A stretch of DNA of 64,000 nucleotides from Octopus vulgaris (Eukaryota): positions 86,304,001 to 86,368,000 of the forward strand of contig OX597819.1 in assembly GCA_951406725.2 (NCBI GenBank). Direction: 5' to 3'. Below are positions 56,331 to 64,000 of the stretch, in pieces. The notes beneath the pieces were generated by a model. The model saw nothing but the letters and a program-made list of their open reading frames with translations, made no database searches and was not told where the DNA came from. The translations under genes were made by a program, and so were the position numbers. Positions within the stretch are counted from its first letter, which is position 1; every line of letters begins with the position of its first letter.

Positions 56331-56727
56331 CTAGCAGTATCGCCTGGCGTTGCTCGGGTTTGTAAGGGAAATAACTATATAAGCATTTTTAGAGAGTTAT
56401 AGCAAAAAAATAGAAAAAAATGCATTAAAAATGGAAAAAAAAAGATGGTAAATTTTTTTAAAACTCGTTGACTCATCGTAGACATTTTTAGAGAGTTGCT
56501 TCCCTTATTTAATAGCGAAAAAAATGCATTAAAATGGAAAGAAATGATGGTAAATTTTTTTTAAATCGTAGACTCATCGTAGACGCGCGCTAATACCCAG
56601 AAGGGCTCGATATGAATCACGACTATAAGATACCCGCTTTTGGTTAAACTGCACCGCAAAATGTGGGCGTAGTTAGGAATCTAAATCGTAGGAGACAGAC
56701 ACACAACCTTACTCTTATATATAAAGA
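56331..56727 (-). mobile_element. Non-autonomous Helitron (~400 bp)
   Basis: Minus strand begins TCTTTATATATAA and ends with GC hairpin cccgagcaacgccagg + CTAG; inserted between A and T with no TSD. Confidence 0.85.
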
Positions 56728-57273
56728 TATCTTCATATATACCATATTATTCATTCGCTCACATACATATACATATCGATAGATAATAAACAAAACGAGA
56801 AACGAAACCAACTCTATACGGATATAGGAAAATAAATTCTATACATACACCAAACCAAAGTAATACCAATATAAACGAAATGTTCCAAATACGAACATCG
56901 AGCCAAACTACAAATTAAACAAGATAACTACTCTATATCTTCATGCATATCAAATTATGGGCAGCTACGTAGATGAATTAGTATATATGTACATATATAT
57001 TAGTATGCATATTGATATACATGTACGTTCACAAACATATACACATATACACACACATATACACACACATATACACACATACATATATACACATATATAC
57101 ATACCTATATACATACATACACATACACACCTCTACACTCACACAGTTACCCATATGAACAAATACAAATATATACGCACACAAATACACCTATATTTTC
57201 ATATATACCCCTTATATACCTGGATACATAAATACTCTCATTTATACACAGTCATATATTCACTTTCGCTCAT

Positions 57274-57308
<35 letters not shown>

Positions 57309-57309
57309 C

Positions 57310-57600
57310 AACCTCTGCGGGATGCTTTATGTAGGACAGACGGGACGCCGGTTGGCCGACCGGTTCGCCGAACATCTAAGAGATTTCGGCTGCGTTCCAA
57401 TTCTCCCGTCGCACGTCACTTCTGCTCGGCCAGCCATTTCCCCGGTGACATCTCTGAGTTTGGTCTCGCCCCACCCAACGGACCTCCACAATCCAGGCTT
57501 CACTTGGAGCAACGGTTTATTTTCACTTTACAGACTAATACCCCGCACGGACTCAACACAGCCCCCTCCTCTTAGTGACTGCGTCTCCACCTCCCGCAAC
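57310..57600 (+). pseudogene. Penelope-like GIY-YIG endonuclease remnant
   Basis: CGMLYVGQTGRRLADRFAEHLRD matches the YIGxT..L..R..EH motif; frameshifted afterwards. Confidence 0.8.
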
Positions 57601-57763
57601 AAGCAACTTTATTTCTTATTTCTTCCTCCTTTTCTTTTTTCTTTGTCTTTTTTCATTTCTTTCCTTACGTGCTATTACGTCTTTTATATTATTTTAATAA
57701 TTTATCTTTTTTGTTTTTTATTATTTTATTGTTTTTATAAATTATTGTCCTTATACAGAAACA

Positions 57764-58610
57764 CATACACACACATACTCACGTATCCACGAAGACACAC
57801 ATACCTCCAACACACCACACACATACAACATACATACACATACACGCACACATACTTCCACACACAAACACACACGTACACATACACAAATACACACACG
57901 CACACACACACGCGCACACACACATACACATACGTATACACATATAGACACAGACAGACACACACACACACAAAAGCATGCGCACACATACGCACACACC
58001 CAAAACTCACAACCCCACGGATACACGTATATACACCCATATACGCTTACACACACACATACAACCGCACACGTACACGCACACACAACTACACGCACAT
58101 ACGACACGCACGCACATACATACACACACACACGCACACCCAAATGAACCTACACATACATCCTATACACACTGCACACAATTATACATACACGCACACA
58201 ATTATACATATATGTATACACACATACGCACGTACAAGCACACACGCACACATACACTAAGTAAAGCACAGTTATTCGCCACACACCCAAACTCTACGCA
58301 TACACACACGAACACACACATACATACACACACACTACAAACAAAACACACACACGATACATATACATACACGCACACACACACATACTTCAAAGTAGCA
58401 GTACTGACCTGTGGTAGGGACAACTCCTTCTTCCTCGACCTTCACACTACTAGCCCTACAAACACGCTTTGTTTAACAGCCACAACCACACACACATACA
58501 CACACACACGCACACACACACACGTGTCATCATTGCACACATACTCACAAACACACACACGCACACGCAGACCTCCGCGCACGCACATATCCACACTTAC
58601 ACACACATTC
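57764..58610. repeat. Degenerate (CA)n-rich low-complexity tract
   Basis: direct inspection. Confidence 0.9.
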
Positions 58611-58897
58611 CTCCTCCTCTACCATTCTCCTGTCTTTGACAGAACTACTCTTCTGTCTTTGAAAATACCTTGCTTCACCCATTTCCTTCCGGTCTTTCAA
58701 AATGTGACCTCGTGTGTACCGTTGGCGATTTTTTTCCTCTGTCTTCCCTTCTCTGGATCTTTCCTCCTCCTATGTTTCCGACGAAGAGCTCCGCTCGAAA
58801 CGTTAAACCCTCCTTCTTTGCTGAGCGTCCAATAATACTATATTTGTTCCACGTCCTCGCGTTGTGTTTTTTGTGCTTTCTTGTTTGGATTAACTTT
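58610..58897 (+). mobile_element. Penelope 3' terminal repeat with minimal hammerhead (58774-58810), ending at (TA)n
   Basis: GTTT-CCGACGAA-GAGC-TCC-GCTC-GAAACGTT-AAAC; lies downstream of, and co-oriented with, the GIY-YIG remnant. Confidence 0.7.
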
Positions 58898-58988
58898 ATA
58901 TATATATACATATATACATATACATATATACATATATGCATATTCATGTATACATATACATTTATATATCTATTTATCTATCTGTCTG

Positions 58989-59112
<124 letters not shown>

Positions 59113-59409
59113 ATATAATATGATTATATATATATACATAATGTAATATGGTTATATATATAAATATATATGTATACAAACACACATATATAGATAGATT
59201 TATCATAAAAAGTCAGGTGGTATGAGAGATGCAAATATTCCTTTAACCTCTTGACACCCTTGGGATTACGCAGCCTTCTTCGTGTAATAATAATTTTAGT
59301 GTGGAATAAAATTGTTTACATGTTTGCATTAATATGTTTGCCATGCATTGTACGATACAATTGTATATTTACAAATCAATGCAAATAAAGAAGGCGTGAC
59401 TGTGTAGAT

Positions 59410-59574
59410 GGGCGCAGGGTGGTTGTGTGGTAAGAAGCTTGCTTCCCAACCAAATGGTTCCGGATTCAGTCCCACTGCGTGGCATCTTGAGGAAGTGTCT
59501 TCTGCTATAGTTTCGGGCTGACCAAAGCCTTTTGAACGGATTTGGTAGGCGGAAACTGAAAGAAGCTTGTCGTT

Positions 59575-59606
<32 letters not shown>

Positions 59607-59832
59607 CATATATATATATTTGTGTGTGTTGTATCTGTCCCAACAACTAACGCTTGACAGCCGATGTTGGTGTGTTTACGTCCCCGTAAATTAGCGGTTC
59701 GGCAAAAGAGACCGATATACTGAGTAGCAGGCTTACAAAGAATAACTCCAGGGTCGAATTCTTCGAGTAAAACAAGCGGTGCTCCAGCATACTCACAGTC
59801 AAAATGACTGAAACAAAGAAAAGTGTAAAAGA
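59410..59832 (+). mobile_element. Full-length tRNA-derived SINE
   Basis: Same family as 41383 and 53850. Confidence 0.85.
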
Positions 59833-59993
59833 ATGAAGAAAGCTAGCACATCAGATGGAATAACACCAACTTCTTGTATGAAATAATAAAACAGAGTTAA
59901 TTCATCGCCTTTTACATGAAACACCTCTCCAAAACAATACGAAAGAGAGCACTAGAGATGTAGAGATAGGGATGTGTGCGTGTGTGTGTGTGG

Positions 59994-60034
<41 letters not shown>

Positions 60035-60104
60035 TGAGAGTGGGAGATGCTTAACAATACTTTTCACCCAGAAAATTTAAGGTCCCTAGATGCTGGATCT
60101 ATAT

Positions 60105-60260
60105 CAGGTGTCCTCAACCAATGCCCCGTGGACCAGTACCGTACTGTAGGTCATTAGTTACCGGGCCACACAGAAAGAATAATTCTTAAATGCCATTTTT
60201 ATTTTATTGACTGCAGGGTGTTGCAGTTTGAAAATATTACCACTTCCGCCTGTGCCTCTT
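60105..60260 (+). mobile_element. hAT/Charlie-like MITE end
   Basis: CAGGTGTCCTCAACC...GGACCAGTACCG...ACCGGGCCACACAG terminus pattern. Confidence 0.45.
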
Positions 60261-60261
60261 G

Positions 60262-60329
<68 letters not shown>

Positions 60330-60492
60330 AAATTTAAAGGACTGACCACTAAAAGTGGACGGTCAACATGCTAGATATAGACGTCAAATCGCTATTTTCC
60401 ACAAAGAATATTTTCTCAAATAAAAATCCAGCACGAACCAAAGTATTAAAATTAAGCAAGACAAATGAAAATATACGAAATAAAATGATTAC

Positions 60493-60559
60493 CTATGTAC
60501 CGATCAGTTTCGATTGTTATTATCCATGCATGTGAATACCCGCAATCTCTTCAGCATAG
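60493..60559 (-). ncRNA. Type I hammerhead ribozyme within a solo TA-flanked element (60330-60598)
   Basis: Minus CTATG-CTGAAGA-GATTG(26 nt)CAATC-GAA-ACTGATCGGT-A-CATAG. Confidence 0.87.
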
Positions 60560-60844
60560 TCGACATATAGAAATACAATTTGCAGGACTAGATACAAATA
60601 TATATATATATATATAATTAATCAATATAGGGTGGCAAAAAAAAAATTTTGTAGAATTCTTTGCCACCAGCGGCCTAGTAGGAAAAATTAAAATAGTCAT
60701 AGACCATTTTTAAGTTCAACATCAACAATAAAGGAACGGCCATAATAGGCCATTCACCCACTAGAAATAACAGCCAAAGCTTCAACCGCAAATAAAAGTT
60801 AATTCAGTAAACCAGGAGAAAATTTAAAAATCATTTACCCTGTA

Positions 60845-60951
60845 ATTTCTTATACGATATACCGTTTCATCTGCTGATTAATGGTAAACTAACCTGATTA
60901 AATTAAATCAAGCTAATCTTCCACAGGCCCTCAGATTCTTCAGTAAGAAAT
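60845..60951 (-). ncRNA. Type I hammerhead ribozyme (inverted unit)
   Basis: Reverse complement of 61404-61510. Confidence 0.87.
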
Positions 60952-61403
60952 ATCCCAAGACGGAACAGATATTTTCACGAGGCATTTCCGACGTTGCCAA
61001 GTTTATATCTGACCTAAAATTTTCAAATCGTCGCACTCGCGCCAAATTTATCGGCAGCAAATAAATATAAGCCGTCGATTCCATTACGGAATTAACCAGA
61101 AAATTCATAATTAATCAATTATTCGTTCCTTTATTGTTGATGTTGAACTTAAAAATGGTCTATGACTATTTTAATTTTTTCCCTACTAGCCGCTGGTGGC
61201 AAAAGAATTCTACAAAATTTTTTTTGCCACCCTATATTGATTAATTATGAATTTTCTGGTTAATTCCGTAATGGAATCGACGGCTTATATTTATTTGCTG
61301 CCGATAAATTTGGCGCGAGTGCGACGATTTGAAAATTTTAGGTCAGATATAAACTTGGCAACGTCGGAAATGCCTCGTGAAAATATCTGTTCCGTCTTGG
61401 GAT

Positions 61404-61510
61404 ATTTCTTACTGAAGAATCTGAGGGCCTGTGGAAGATTAGCTTGATTTAATTTAATCAGGTTAGTTTACCATTAATCAGCAGATGAAACGGTATATCG
61501 TATAAGAAAT
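61404..61510 (+). ncRNA. Type I hammerhead ribozyme; repeated at 61896-62002, 62389-62495, 62882-62988, 63375-63481 and 63868-63974
   Basis: ATTTCTTA-CTGAAGA-ATCTG(long hairpin)CAGAT-GAA-ACGGT-AT-ATCGT-A-TAAGAAAT: 8-bp helix I, GUA cleavage after 61502. Confidence 0.9.
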
Positions 61511-64000
61511 TACAGGGTAAATGTTTTTTAAATTTTCTCCTGGTTTACTGAATTAACTTTTATTTGCGGTTGAAGCTTTGGCTGTTATTTCTAGTGGGTG
61601 AATGGCCTATTATGGCCGTTCCTTTATTGTTGATGTTGAACTTAAAAATGGTCTATGACTATTTTAATTTTTTCCTACTAGGCCGCTGGTGGCAAAAGAA
61701 TTCTACAAAATTTTTTTTGCCACCCTATATTGATTAATTATGAATTTTCTGGTTAATTCCGTAATGGAATCGACGGCTTATATTTATTTGCTGCCGATAA
61801 ATTTGGCGCGAGTACGACGATTTGAAAATTTTAGGTCAGATATAAACTTGGCAAATCGGAAATGCCTCGTGAAAATATCTGTTCCGTCTTGGGATATTTC
61901 TTACTGAAGAATCTGAGGGCCTGTGGAAGATTAGCTTGATTTAATTTAATCAGGTTAGTTTACCATTAATCAGCAGATGAAACGGTATATCGTATAAGAA
62001 ATTACAGGGTAAATGTTTTTTAAATTTTCTCCTGGTTTACTGAATTAACTTTTATTTGCGGTTGAAGCTTTGGCTGTTATTTCTAGTGGGTGAATGGCCT
62101 ATTATGGCCGTTCCTTTATTGTTGATGTTGAACTTAAAAATGGTCTATGACTATTTTAATTTTTTCCTACTAGGCCGCTGGTGGCAAAAGAATTCTACAA
62201 AATTTTTTTTGCCACCCTATATTGATTAATTATGAATTTTCTGGTTAATTCCGTAATGGAATCGACGGCTTATATTTATTTGCTGCCGATAAATTTGGCG
62301 CGAGTGCGACGATTTGAAAATTTTAGGTCAGATATAAACTTGGCAACGTCGGAAATGCCTCGTGAAAATATCTGTTCCGTCTTGGGCTATTTCTTACTGA
62401 AGAATCTGAGGGCCTGTGGAAGATTAGCTTGATTTAATTTAATCAGGTTAGTTTACCATTAATCAGCAGATGAAACGGTATATCGTATAAGAAATTACAG
62501 GGTAAATGTTTTTTAAATTTTCTCCTGGTTTACTGAATTAACTTTTATTTGCGGTTGAAGCTTTGGCTGTTATTTCTAGTGGGTGAATGGCCTATTATGG
62601 CCGTTCCTTTATTGTTGATGTTGAACTTAAAAATGGTCTATGACTATTTTAATTTTTTCCTACTAGGCCGCTGGTGGCAAAAGAATTCTACAAAATTTTT
62701 TTTGCCACCCTATATTGATTAATTATGAATTTTCTGGTTAATTCCGTAATGGAATCGACGGCTTATATTTATTTGCTGCCGATAAATTTGGCGCGAGTGC
62801 GACGATTTGAAAATTTTAGGTCAGATATAAACTTGGCAACGTCGGAAATGCCTCGTGAAAATATCTGTTCCGTCTTGGGATATTTCTTACTGAAGAATCT
62901 GAGGGCCTGTGGAAGATTAGCTTGATTTAATTTAATCAGGTTAGTTTACCATTAATCAGCAGATGAAACGGTATATCGTATAAGAAATTACAGGGTAAAT
63001 GTTTTTTAAATTTTCTCCTGGTTTACTGAATTAACTTTTATTTGCGGTTGAAGCTTTGGCTGTTATTTCTAGTGGGTGAATGGCCTATTATGGCCGTTCC
63101 TTTATTGTTGATGTTGAACTTAAAAATGGTCTATGACTATTTTAATTTTTTCCTACTAGGCCGCTGGTGGCAAAAGAATTCTACAAAATTTTTTTTGCCA
63201 CCCTATATTGATTAATTATGAATTTTCTGGTTAATTCCGTAATGGAATCGACGGCTTATATTTATTTGCTGCCGATAAATTTGGCGCGAGTGCGACGATT
63301 TGAAAATTTTAGGTCAGATATAAACTTGGCAACGTCGGAAATGCCTCGTGAAAATATCTGTTCCGTCTTGGGATATTTCTTACTGAAGAATCTGAGGGCC
63401 TGTGGAAGATTAGCTTGATTTAATTTAATCAGGTTAGTTTACCATTAATCAGCAGATGAAACGGTATATCGTATAAGAAATTACAGGGTAAATGTTTTTT
63501 AAATTTTCTCCTGGTTTACTGAATTAACTTTTATTTGCGGTTGAAGCTTTGGCTGTTATTTCTAGTGGGTGAATGGCCTATTATGGCCGTTCCTTTATTG
63601 TTGATGTTGAACTTAAAAATGGTCTATGACTATTTTAATTTTTTCCTACTAGGCCGCTGGTGGCAAAAGAATTCTACAAAATTTTTTTTGCCACCCTATA
63701 TTGATTAATTATGAATTTTCTGGTTAATTCCGTAATGGAATCGACGGCTTATATTTATTTGCTGCCGATAAATTTGGCGCGAGTGCGACGATTTGAAAAT
63801 TTTAGGTCAGATATAAACTTGGCAACGTCGGAAATGCCTCGTGAAAATATCTGTTCCGTCTTGGGCTATTTCTTACTGAAGAATCTGAGGGCCTGTGGAA
63901 GATTAGCTTGATTTAATTTAATCAGGTTAGTTTACCATTAATCAGCAGATGAAACGGTATATCGTATAAGAAATGACAGGGTAAATGTTTTTTAAATTTT

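Larger units (their letters stand above)
60614..64000. mobile_element. 493-bp hammerhead-containing tandem array (~5.8 plus units, continuing past the window end) preceded by one inverted unit that abuts (TA)n; retrozyme/PLE pseudo-LTR-like
   Basis: Near-identical units with period 492-493; 60614-61119 is the reverse-complement unit; one hammerhead per unit. Confidence 0.93.

Noticed and set aside
61247-63911. Repeated 66-aa ORF (MNFLVNSVMEST...) in the 493-bp units
   Set aside because: No recognisable motif, broken by a 1-bp deletion in one unit, and overlaps the ribozyme; probably incidental.
61124-64000. CRISPR array or ordinary centromeric satellite
   Set aside because: No unique spacers. 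Units carry hammerheads and an inverted lead unit, which fits a retrozyme/PLE origin better.

Overview
AT-rich, microsatellite-saturated eukaryotic DNA with no recognisable host gene. The repeat repertoire suggests a cephalopod (Octopus-like) intergenic or intronic region; that assignment is inference. It contains three kinds of element. (1) A nearly intact R4/Dong-type non-LTR retrotransposon (RT + CCHC + PD-(D/E)xK endonuclease, one frameshift) at ~20.65-25.6 kb, plus many Dong fragments of several families, almost all in (TAA)n tracts. (2) Many tRNA-derived SINEs, remnants of Tx1/L1, RTE and CR1-like LINEs, a decayed maT/mariner, a mariner MITE, a non-autonomous Helitron and Penelope-like (PLE) remnants. 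(3) The most striking signal: a set of sequence-diverse non-coding elements carrying type I hammerhead ribozymes (CUGANGA...GAAA...GUA, palindromic helix III). These include a 493-bp tandem array (60.6-64 kb) and a ~567-bp tandem/foldback array (14.35-16.16 kb). They form inverted head-to-head structures whose ribozyme-sense 3' ends abut (TA)n microsatellites, consistent with a retrozyme/PLE pseudo-LTR system targeted to (TA)n. Coordinates of degenerate elements are approximate.
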